A stretch of 63,958 nt of DNA, filler included, from Deltaproteobacteria bacterium (GCA_030698575.1; 6 parts of 6 records of this genome joined end to end with filler, not necessarily neighbours in it), one strand, 5' to 3'; positions 42,536 through 50,842 are shown, counted from the whole stretch's first letter. Notes: generated from the letters alone by a model not told the origin. A program made the numbers and translations.

Positions 42536-44749
42536 ATGCTGCCAGATGGCTTGCCCCACCTACGAATTTCAACGGCTCTGGCACGCAGCGAAGCTGTCGT
42601 CGTGCGGGGGGGTGGCGATACGTACACCCGTGAAGACGTTGCCGCTCATAGTCGAGCCCTGCGAGCCGCCTTCGGGCGATCCCTCCAGAACTTTGAGGGA
42701 AAGTTAGACGCTGACCTGGCTGCTGACCTGATAGTGCAGGTGACCACAAGCCCCGGTAGATCCGCAGCAAAAGAGCGCCAACACCTGAAGAATCTAGGCT
42801 TTGAAATCGTTTCGCTGAGTTCCAGCGAATCCAATGTTGCCGTCGCAAGGATCAGCCGAGACCTCATCCCAAGGCTTGCTCAGAAGCTCGATCGATATGC
42901 CGACTCTAGTCGGCATATCGGCAAGACCAACTTCGCCGCTATCGAATCATTAACGCCCGTCTCCGTAGAACGAAAGATTGAACCAGGTCTTGCGGATGCG
43001 GCGAGAGAACAGGCTGTAAACTGCCTAGTAACGCTGTATGCATCACTTCCTACAGAGATGAAGGCGACCGTCGCAACCAGAATAGCTGGAGGTCTTCGAG
43101 AAAGAGGGAAGAGGGAAGTTGCTACCTACTCGTACGCGAACGGAATAGTGGGTATCGCCGCCACTCTAACGAGAGCTGAGATGACGGAAATAGGCGAACA
43201 ATACATGTTTGTTCGATCATTCGAAAACAACACTGAGGTTGTCTCAGAAGCAGCGATTCAGGCTGATCCCGTTCCTGCAATAATACAAATTGAGCACGTG
43301 CAGTGCGAAATGCCGGCTGTTGTCGTTGATTCGGGCATCAATGGCAACTGCTCGTTGCTCGCGGGATTGGTGCTGAGAACTATTAATGAATTGCCTCAAG
43401 GGACCGCGGGCCCGCACGCAGCTCACGGGACGTTTATAGCCAGCCGGGTGATCTACGGCGACGACATTACCACTGTGCTGAACCACCGAGCGCTCCCTTG
43501 GTGCCCGGTCATCGATGTTCAAGTCACGGGCATGGATAATGTTGGAAATCGGGTCTTTCACACGCCAGCAAAACTTGGGGAGATACTTCAAAGGGTCGTT
43601 CCCACGATAGCGAGTCAATCCAAGGTCGTAAATCTCTCTCTAGGGACGAATCCCATTGCAGAGGGACAATACTCTACGCTCGCACGACTGATAGACTTTC
43701 TGTCTCGCGAGCACAAGGTACTGTTCATCATCTCTGCCGGAAACATTCAGAATCCGACCGCGAATCCTCCAGCACATTACCTGGACTCAAATAGCAGAAT
43801 CCTTTCTCCCAGCGAGGCCCTACTGGCTCTCACCGTGGGCTCGATCGCACGTTTTTGTCAAGAGAATTGTGTAGCCCGCGAACGGGAGATCAGCCCTTTT
43901 TCGCGGAGGGGCCCGGGAGCAGACCGAGCATTAAAGCCTGAACTGGCCATGCATGGCGGCAACGTGGCTTTCGATGGGATGGGTTGGACCACGACCCCGA
44001 TCGTCGCTGCGTACGGCCTCGATCGGGACGGTGCGCATCTCTCTTACAACACTGGGACAAGCTTCTCGGCGCCCCTGGTCGCTCAGTTTGCAGTTAGGTT
44101 GTTCGACGCATACCGAGGTGCCAGCCCAAACCTGGTTCGCGGTCTCTTGTGTCATTTTGCCGAGCCGGTACGTACTCCGTCTCCCGGTGCTCCTGTGGCG
44201 GCTCACGATTTTTGTGGCTTCGGAGAGCCGCGAATCCAGAATGCGCTCTTTGCCACCAACCACTCGTCGGCATACCTGTTTGAGGGGGAGATCGAGAAGG
44301 ATACCTATTTGTACATCCCCTTCCATGTTCCTCAAGAGCTGGTGAATGACCCAGCGTCTCGACTTAGGATTCGCGGTACCGTGGTATTCGACCCCCCAGT
44401 GAGTGCGGATGACTCTGTCAATTATTCCCTGTGCCGCGTAGCGGCGCGGCTGAGGAAACGCGTTCAAGGTGGTCTTCGAGAACAGGCCATCGGTGGTGAT
44501 GAAGAGGATGCGCTTTACCCTTGGAATCCTCTCATCCACTTTGAACACTCCTTTAGGCGCGGTTACGCCTCGGGTGAATGGGAACTTCGCCTAAGACTAA
44601 TGACCCGTGGCGACTTGGAGGCGGGCTTTCGACAGAGTGTTGCGGCGGTCATCGAGATCGTTGATGAAAGCGGCAGTGTTGATGTTCGAAACGCAATTCA
44701 GAACGAGGCGCCCGTTTTTGCACCGGTCCAACTTAGATTCGCGGCGTAA
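42536..44749 (+). CDS. S8 family serine protease, IetS/Y4bN-like
   Basis: VVDSG (D), HGTFIAS (H), SAGN, KPEL..HGGN, GTSFSAP (S); lower GC than flanks. Confidence 0.88.
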   Translation: MLPDGLPHLRISTALARSEAVVVRGGGDTYTREDVAAHSRALRAAFGRSLQNFEGKLDADLAADLIVQVTTSPGRSAAKERQHLKNLGFEIVSLSSSESNVAVARISRDLIPRLAQKLDRYADSSRHIGKTNFAAIESLTPVSVERKIEPGLADAAREQAVNCLVTLYASLPTEMKATVATRIAGGLRERGKREVATYSYANGIVGIAATLTRAEMTEIGEQYMFVRSFENNTEVVSEAAIQADPVPAIIQIEHVQCEMPAVVVDSGINGNCSLLAGLVLRTINELPQGTAGPHAAHGTFIASRVIYGDDITTVLNHRALPWCPVIDVQVTGMDNVGNRVFHTPAKLGEILQRVVPTIASQSKVVNLSLGTNPIAEGQYSTLARLIDFLSREHKVLFIISAGNIQNPTANPPAHYLDSNSRILSPSEALLALTVGSIARFCQENCVAREREISPFSRRGPGADRALKPELAMHGGNVAFDGMGWTTTPIVAAYGLDRDGAHLSYNTGTSFSAPLVAQFAVRLFDAYRGASPNLVRGLLCHFAEPVRTPSPGAPVAAHDFCGFGEPRIQNALFATNHSSAYLFEGEIEKDTYLYIPFHVPQELVNDPASRLRIRGTVVFDPPVSADDSVNYSLCRVAARLRKRVQGGLREQAIGGDEEDALYPWNPLIHFEHSFRRGYASGEWELRLRLMTRGDLEAGFRQSVAAVIEIVDESGSVDVRNAIQNEAPVFAPVQLRFAA

Positions 44750-44770
44750 CACCAGAGAAGAGTAAAAAAA

Positions 44771-44815
44771 TGCGCTGAAGCGCCGGCTCGGCGAGAGCGG
44801 GAGCCCTGAAGGGCT
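44771..44815 (+). repeat. repeat B, copy 2
   Basis: 29-nt identity with 40801-40829. Confidence 0.9.
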
Positions 44816-44824
44816 CACCCGCGT

Positions 44825-45175
44825 CCCTTCGCTACGCTCAGGGCAGGCTCTTGAGGACGCGCGTAGTGGCCGAGCCGGCCCTTTAGGGCACGGGTGCGAG
44901 CGCCGATCTGCGGGCCGTGATGGCCGAGATCTCCGAGCAGGTGAAGGTGCTGGACGGGATCGTGCGGTATCGGTTCAGTGACAATGCCGAGCTGATGGGC
45001 GCGTGGGCCAGCGCGCACAGTGTGGTGGGGCCGTTAGGTCCTCACCCCCTGACGAAGGGCCGGGCATCGTGAAGCCGGCGGCGTAGGCTCACTCTCCCCA
45101 AGCCTACGCTAACGAGGCGCGGTGGGTGGATGGTCATCCATCGCGCCTTCCCCGTTCCCAGAGCAGATCCTTCGC
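44825..45175 (+). repeat. long module copy: REP-like + degenerate X C-terminal fragment (44892-45086) + trailer/hairpin T copy 4
   Basis: aligns with 41889-42235 with an insertion after the REP and deletions near the X 3' end. Confidence 0.92.
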
Positions 45176-45299
45176 GCAGCGAGCGCCGGCCGAAGGCCGC
45201 GCGCAGCTGAACCCGCGACCCCCTGACGCGGAGCCGGCGCGCAGCGCCGGCGGAGCGGACGCGGTGGGGCTGGGATGGGTGGGGGCGTCAGCCCCATGC

Positions 45300-45480
45300 G
45301 ACTCGTTAGGGAACCGAGTTACGACACCGAGTAGCAATCACGCGAGGTCCTGGGCGTCGGTGTCGTAACAGCGGACCCGAAGATCAACCGAGTGTCGTGA
45401 GAAACACCCCTATTGGTAGATAGGGGTCGAGGGTCCCACTTCCGCTCGTAGCGCGTCCGGGTCACCGGGCGCACCCTCGG
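45300..45480 (+). ncRNA. candidate IS110 bridge/seek RNA (structured 5' non-coding end)
   Basis: 13-bp stem GTTACGACACCGA/TCGGTGTCGTAAC (45318-45369); ACCCCTAT/ATAGGGGT hairpin inside an internal-loop structure. Confidence 0.45.
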
Positions 45481-45507
45481 AGCTCACCTTTAGCCCCAGG
45501 GGGCTCC

Positions 45508-46758
45508 ATGATCTCCTTCCCCAAGCGTGAGCGCGCCCACCATGCCGCGGCCTGCGTCGGCGTCGATGCCGGCAAGTTCTCCCACACGTTGGTCGTCCGT
45601 CCGCAGCACCAGCCTGATTCCAAGCCGTTCAGCTTTCCGACCACCCGCAGCGGGTTTGACACGGCGGTCGCCTTCATCCGGCAACAAGTCCCGGGCGCCG
45701 CGGCTACGACGATCCTCGTCGGCATCGAGTTCGCCGGGAACTACGGCTTCACCTTCGCCCACTACCTCGCCCAGCTCGGCTTCCCGATCGTGAGCGTGCT
45801 CCCCGCGCATACGAAGCGCTGGAAGGACGTCGCGCACAACCAGCCCCTGAAGACCGACGCGAAAGACGCCGGCACCATCACCGATCTCTTGGCCCAGGGG
45901 CACTTCGTCACCTTCCCGTTCCTGTCGCCCGCGTACGCCGATCTGCGCTACCTGGTCACGGCACGGGAGCGACTCTCGCTGCTCCGCCGCGGGGCGATCA
46001 CGCAGCTCCGCACGCTGATCCAGGTGGTCTTCCCCGAGTTCGAGGCCCTCTTTCCGCTCATCGCCAAGAAGACGCCGTTCACCGTGCTCCGGACCTTCCC
46101 GACGCCCCAGGACCTGCTCGACGCCACGAGGACCAAATTGCTGCGCGTCCTGAAGACCGCCAGCCGCGGCCACCTCGGCGCCGAGACCTACGACAAACTC
46201 GTCGCGGCGGCCCGGGCCACCCTCGGGCTCCCCGGCGCCCAAGCCCGCCTCCGACAAGAGATCCTGCTCACCCTCGAGCGGATCGCGTTGTTCGAGCGGC
46301 AGATCAAGGCCCTCGAGACCGAGCTCGTGGAAGCCCTCCAGGCCGTCCCGGAGACGCCGTATCTCCTGAGCATCCCCAAGGTCGCGCCCGTGACCGCCGC
46401 TGTCTTCCTCGGCTCGATCGGCGACCCGCGCGCCTATGAGGCGGGGGAGCAGATCCTTCGGGTCGCTGGCCTCTCGCTGATCGAGCGCTCGAGCGGCGTG
46501 CTCCGGGGCACGAAGCGCATCTCCAAACGCGGGCGGCCGCTGCTGCGCCAGGCCGCCTACATGTTCGCGGTCCGCAGCATCACGAAGGGCAGCCTCTTCC
46601 GCGCCGAGTACGACGCCCTCTGCCGGCGCAACGGGGGCGTCAAAATGAAAGCCGTGGTCGCCGTGATGCGCTCCGGGCTGCGGCTGCTGTACAGCATCGC
46701 CCGCGATCGGCGGCTGTTCACCATCGCGCCGCCGGCCGTGCGGCGGGTGGCGGCATGA
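45508..46758 (+). CDS. IS110 family recombinase/transposase
   Basis: GVDAGK, GIEFAG, KTDAKDA (DEDD RuvC-like) and C-terminal RSSG...RISKRG..LLR. Confidence 0.93.
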   Translation: MISFPKRERAHHAAACVGVDAGKFSHTLVVRPQHQPDSKPFSFPTTRSGFDTAVAFIRQQVPGAAATTILVGIEFAGNYGFTFAHYLAQLGFPIVSVLPAHTKRWKDVAHNQPLKTDAKDAGTITDLLAQGHFVTFPFLSPAYADLRYLVTARERLSLLRRGAITQLRTLIQVVFPEFEALFPLIAKKTPFTVLRTFPTPQDLLDATRTKLLRVLKTASRGHLGAETYDKLVAAARATLGLPGAQARLRQEILLTLERIALFERQIKALETELVEALQAVPETPYLLSIPKVAPVTAAVFLGSIGDPRAYEAGEQILRVAGLSLIERSSGVLRGTKRISKRGRPLLRQAAYMFAVRSITKGSLFRAEYDALCRRNGGVKMKAVVAVMRSGLRLLYSIARDRRLFTIAPPAVRRVAA

Positions 46759-47006
46759 TCTGAGCTGACGGCAGTTCGGCTGGCCGGCCGGGACGACGGA
46801 GCCCGTTGTGAGTCGAGGCAGCCTCTGGGCTGGCCTCCCATGTGCCAGTGGCTCCCCCGGCCGAGCGTCCGCTTGAGTCTCCGATAACGGGGTGTCGAGG
46901 GTCGCGCTCCGCGAGGAACGCCACGCCTCCGAGTTGGGCTAGGATCGAGCTACGCGGCGCGCGCCGGTCGCTGCTCTTTGAAAACTGTTGGAATCAATTG
47001 AGCCTT

Positions 47007-47135
47007 GGGCCCGGCGCGGATCCGCGCTGTGAGCTGCGGCGTGCTCACGCATGGCCGCCGGCAAAACACTCGATCGCGACCGGGCCCAGCGGGCGGCTGT
47101 TGCGCGCTCCTGAGTTAGGGCCCGGCGCGGATCCG
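47007..47135. repeat. 18-bp direct repeat GGGCCCGGCGCGGATCCG
   Basis: copies at 47007-47024 and 47118-47135. Confidence 0.85.
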
Positions 47136-47230
47136 ATAACCCATTGGACGGGCGCGTCGCGTGCCGCGTCCGACATGACACGTGATCGCGCCGACGCTAC
47201 ATGGGGCCCACCGCATAACGATTCTGCGTC

Positions 47231-47665
47231 CTAGGAGTGTGGAGAACCCGCAGAAGAAATCCGGGATGCGTCGAGACGTCTCCTAGGCAATTGGTGCAGG
47301 AGACCATACGTCAGAATCGCAATGATGAAAGGTGCGACTGCCGTCCTGCTGGTTACTAAGTCCCGCGCTGGCTGACCGGCCATGAACGCACCGAGGAACA
47401 CGACCATTGAGATGGCTCTCAGGAGAGCCGGATGCGAGCCCATCTGAGTACGTGATATCAGCATCATACTCAGGACTTGGGCGACGCATGCCAAGAGTGC
47501 CAGAGGCAGGCTGAGGATCAGTAAGAACACCAACCCGGAAGCTGAAGGTATTTCAGCACCCGTGGTAAAGTGATTTACCAGCGTGATTCCCCCGAGCCAA
47601 ATGACGCCCAGGGCGGCAAGCGCCAGGAACAGATTAAACGCGAGTTGCTTCAGCACTCCACGCAT
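47231..47665 (-). CDS. four-TM membrane protein, putative Rhs immunity protein
   Basis: GGAGG RBS before ATG 47665; hydrophobic helices; directly downstream of Rhs C-terminal fragment. Confidence 0.6.
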   Translation of the reverse strand: MRGVLKQLAFNLFLALAALGVIWLGGITLVNHFTTGAEIPSASGLVFLLILSLPLALLACVAQVLSMMLISRTQMGSHPALLRAISMVVFLGAFMAGQPARDLVTSRTAVAPFIIAILTYGLLHQLPRRRLDASRISSAGSPHS

Positions 47666-47688
47666 TTGCGTTCCTCCCTGGGAAGCAC

Positions 47689-48228
47689 CTACGGATATTT
47701 CAAAGGTTTCCGAAAATCGAACAAGTCGATCGGAGACGATCCACCGTGTGGCGTGCCGATCAGTTGCCACTGACCACCGCGCATAACGTACGCCGCGTGA
47801 GCCGGGAACCTCGTTATCGATCCTGACATCGTGTAGCTTCCATTGGCGTCGGGAGTGAACGTCAACGAGCCGTTGATGTCAGGATTCGGTACGACGCCGG
47901 CGATCTTGGCAGAGTTTGTGAAATTGAAGTCAACACTGATCCCGCCGCCCGCGGCCGCCCTGGCGGTCATGTGGTTACCATCTGATGGTGCGTAACATCC
48001 TCCGCCGGCCGCAAAACATGACTCATTTGGAATGAAGAAGCTCGCGGAGGGCTGGGATGGCATCAAATACATCTGCGCACGCGACTGATCTGGCGACGCA
48101 TTAGCGTCAAATGTCCGGCCATCCCCCTTCCAGATGAGAGTGGTTTTACCTTCAATGAAGAGGTCGACACAGATAGCGCCCTCACGTACCTTCTTCTCGC
48201 ATAACCCGAACGGATCGGTAAAGGCTAC
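47689..48228 (-). pseudogene. orphan Rhs C-terminal toxin fragment
   Basis: frame opens after a TGA with VAFTDPFGLCEKK (DPxGL core end) and continues in frame into the 47689-48072 ORF; no start codon. Confidence 0.8.
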
Positions 48229-48434
48229 TCACAGCACGCATACGCTGCCTCTAAAGACGCGCACCCCTAACTGATCGGGGCTTTAGCGGCAGACTGCTTG
48301 GTTCGCTCGCATTTCTCGTCGTCGCTGCAAGCTTCCGGCAGAGGCGCATTCAAGAACCGGATTCCATCATCGATAGTCCTTGGCGAGCGGTACAGCACTG
48401 GCTTACGCTGCTCACGATGCCTCCACAAATCGGA

Positions 48435-49121
48435 TTATGATGTGACCTCTTCAGGCGGATAGAGCACGCGCTTTGCGATGCCGTGAAGGATTGGGTCTTG
48501 AATGCCATGAAAACTGAAGGCGCGGGAGCGCGCCTTCAGAAAGAGGAATACTTCTCGCCACGGCCACTGCTCGACCGCCAAAGCGTTGCGCGTTCTATGG
48601 CGCGGTGCCAGTCTCACCCGCTCCTGCTCTTTCCGGTACTGAATACCGACATCAAAACCGTCCCACCGGGGTGCCAACTCGACCGCAAGGTCAATGTCAT
48701 TCACGCGCTCGGCATCGGTCAGGTAGCTGCCGAAAAGCACGACACGCTTGACGCGATAGGCGAACTCTTCGGATTGGTTGACCTGTTCGACACGCGCCAT
48801 GAATTCGCGGAGCTTGCGCTCCGCCGTGGCGCGCCGGAGCGGGGCCGCAGCGGATGCTTGCGCGAAGCCGTTGCCTTCGTCCGTAAGCTCATACCACGGG
48901 CCAACCGCATGGTCCCCTGGGCCAATGACCACACGGGGTTCACGTAGCTGAGTCGGGTCACGGTAGAGCGTTCCGACTAGCCCTTTCGCGAGCAGCACCT
49001 CCAGCAATCCGGCGTCCCGAAAGTACCCGGCGACCACCGTCGCGCCCATGAACCTGAGCAGCAGGTCGCGGACCTTCATCACCGGCACGCCGGCGATCTT
49101 GTCGCGTGGATCAATGCGCAC
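48435..49121 (-). CDS. Pol-beta superfamily nucleotidyltransferase domain protein
   Basis: VVLFGSYL.....NDIDLAV motif plus about 110-aa N-terminal extension. Confidence 0.8.
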   Translation of the reverse strand: MRIDPRDKIAGVPVMKVRDLLLRFMGATVVAGYFRDAGLLEVLLAKGLVGTLYRDPTQLREPRVVIGPGDHAVGPWYELTDEGNGFAQASAAAPLRRATAERKLREFMARVEQVNQSEEFAYRVKRVVLFGSYLTDAERVNDIDLAVELAPRWDGFDVGIQYRKEQERVRLAPRHRTRNALAVEQWPWREVFLFLKARSRAFSFHGIQDPILHGIAKRVLYPPEEVTS

Positions 49122-49170
49122 GCTACGCTGCGCCCAGGTAGGTCAACTCGCGCATAGCTTAATACCGAGA

Positions 49171-49722
49171 CTACGAGCGAAGCACCTGCAAGAACGCGTG
49201 CAACGCTCTCGGGAGGAGCCTGATCTGCTCATCGACAAGCCGCGGCAGCAGGATTGGCCGGGGCTCAAGGTGATCCTGCACGAGGAACCCTGACGTGAAG
49301 AAGAATTTGGAGGGCCGACTCCCATCTGACACGCCGAAGCGCAGTCGGGGTCTCTCGGGGTTCACGCGAAACTGAACGTTGGCGTGGCCTAGCGCCGGGA
49401 GTCGAAGCGTGTACTCCAGGCGCATGTGCCTTGGCCCGATCACGCTGCCATGGTGGAAATCCCGGATGCGAAGTTGGTGCACCAGACGCCAGCGCGGGGC
49501 CATCCGGACAATGAGGCGGTCCCATTCCGCGAGGCCGACAGTCAACTCGCCCCGGTTCGCGGCTTCGCGCATCAGTTCGACGGGAGCGCGGAGGAAGTAG
49601 ACAGCGGCCATCCAGTGCCGAAACGCAGCTGTGGCGTTGGTGGCCGATCTCGCTTCGGTGTCGAAGAACGAGGCCCGTTCGAGATGTTCAGCGATGCCGC
49701 GGACCGCGTGGTGCTGTCTCAC
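49171..49722 (-). CDS. hypothetical protein, possible HEPN-like
   Basis: helical N-terminal half with LRIRDFHH (Rx4H); adjacent to NTase. Confidence 0.5.
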   Translation of the reverse strand: MRQHHAVRGIAEHLERASFFDTEARSATNATAAFRHWMAAVYFLRAPVELMREAANRGELTVGLAEWDRLIVRMAPRWRLVHQLRIRDFHHGSVIGPRHMRLEYTLRLPALGHANVQFRVNPERPRLRFGVSDGSRPSKFFFTSGFLVQDHLEPRPILLPRLVDEQIRLLPRALHAFLQVLRS

Positions 49723-49746
49723 GGAGAATCTCTTCGGTTGCTAGGG

Positions 49747-50754
49747 TTATCCGCCGAACAGGCGAACGCCGGACGGGGAGAGCCATTGCAGCGTGATCTT
49801 GTCGGCTCTCGGCATCTCTGCACTCGTTCCGACGAGCCACTGCACGACGGTCTCGGGCGGTCGCCGAGGTCCTCGGTGTGGGTTCCGCATGCGGAAATCT
49901 TTCAGTCTGCCGTAGGCTCCCAGTCGCACGTCTCCGTCATGGCAGCATTGCTCATAGAGACGTCCGCAATCGCATCCGCAAAACTCGCCGGCCCGATGTT
50001 CGATAACCCGCTCGTGAGCCGTGTGGAGAATCTGCCGTCCCGGCCATCGGCCTAGGCGCTTCAGGTGTAGGTGGCGCGCAAGCCAAACCGATTGCAGATC
50101 AAGAAAAACCACCGCGGACTGGCCACGTCGCCACGTTCCGTCGCTTACTTCGAACGCGCAGACGCTTCCATCTGGGTAATTGGTGTGACGCTCCCCGACC
50201 CATATACCAGGTGACCACCACGCCCATGACGCTGGCCAGCGGTCATATGCTCGAGGCCAAGCTGTCAGGAGCAATGCGCTGTCTGGCAAGCCCCTAATGG
50301 GCTGAATCCGGTTCAAGAGGATGACCATGTCGGGCGTGGCGTGCACCCTGACCCCCGGGTACGCCACCTCCACGCCCGACAAATCCCCGGTCAAGCACTC
50401 GGCTTCGAACTCGCCGACGACCGATGTGGAGGCACTGGCCTCCCCTTGTCGTGGGGCGGCCGATCCTTCGGCCGCCCGTGCCCTTCCGGTGGACCCTTGC
50501 CATGATCTGGCTGAGGATCCTCCCGCTCGCGTTCGTCCATCTGCCAAATCCTCCTCTATGCCCGGATCGACGGGGGGAGGAGTCGCGCCGGGCTCGACGA
50601 CGCCTCCCGAAAACACAAATGGCTGACCACCGGCATCGAGCACCGCGCCCACCGCCCCCAAGCGACTGATGCCCACCGAAAGCGTGTCATGCACTTGGCG
50701 CTCCGCTCTGTTGCGTTCGCGAGCTTGCTCGGGACCTATTGCCGGCCGTGTCAT
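49747..50754 (-). CDS. prokaryotic E2-like domain plus SEC-C-like zinc motif protein
   Basis: WVGERHTNYPDGSVCAF (E2-like H..N..G..C), TW and CGCDCGRLYEQCC. Confidence 0.65.
   Translation of the reverse strand: MTRPAIGPEQARERNRAERQVHDTLSVGISRLGAVGAVLDAGGQPFVFSGGVVEPGATPPPVDPGIEEDLADGRTRAGGSSARSWQGSTGRARAAEGSAAPRQGEASASTSVVGEFEAECLTGDLSGVEVAYPGVRVHATPDMVILLNRIQPIRGLPDSALLLTAWPRAYDRWPASWAWWSPGIWVGERHTNYPDGSVCAFEVSDGTWRRGQSAVVFLDLQSVWLARHLHLKRLGRWPGRQILHTAHERVIEHRAGEFCGCDCGRLYEQCCHDGDVRLGAYGRLKDFRMRNPHRGPRRPPETVVQWLVGTSAEMPRADKITLQWLSPSGVRLFGG
50391..50540 (-). CDS. nested 49-aa Pro/charge-rich peptide in an alternate frame
   Basis: GAGGAGG 9 nt before ATG; MDEREREDPQPDHGKGPPEGHGRPKDRPPHDKGRPVPPHRSSASSKPSA*. 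Confidence 0.45.
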   Translation of the reverse strand: MDEREREDPQPDHGKGPPEGHGRPKDRPPHDKGRPVPPHRSSASSKPSA

Positions 50755-50807
50755 GAAGGTAAGTCGGAGGGTCGTCTAGCATCAAGCGGAGCGCACGCGT
50801 TAAACCG

Positions 50808-50842
50808 TCAAGTCACACGCACGTTACGTGCGTGTGACTTGA
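50808..50842. promoter_or_regulatory. perfect 17-1-17 palindrome, putative operator/divergent promoter
   Basis: TCAAGTCACACGCACGT-t-ACGTGCGTGTGACTTGA. Confidence 0.75.

Larger units (their letters stand above)
45225..47005 (+). mobile_element. IS110-family insertion sequence (boundaries inferred)
   Basis: transposase flanked by long non-coding ends; CCT at both proposed junctions (45222-45224, 47003-47005). Confidence 0.6.

Noticed and set aside
41889-45175. Near-identical repeat pair as a diversity-generating retroelement TR/VR
   Set aside because: No reverse transcriptase in the window, and the differences include indels and non-adenine changes.
46972-46987. GCTCTTTGAAAACTG resembling an rRNA boxA antiterminator
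   Set aside because: No rRNA sequence follows; it lies in the proposed IS110 right end.
47212-48205. Three GCATAAC heptamers as attC core sites
   Set aside because: Two lie inside the Rhs coding frame and none has a paired complementary box at a suitable distance.
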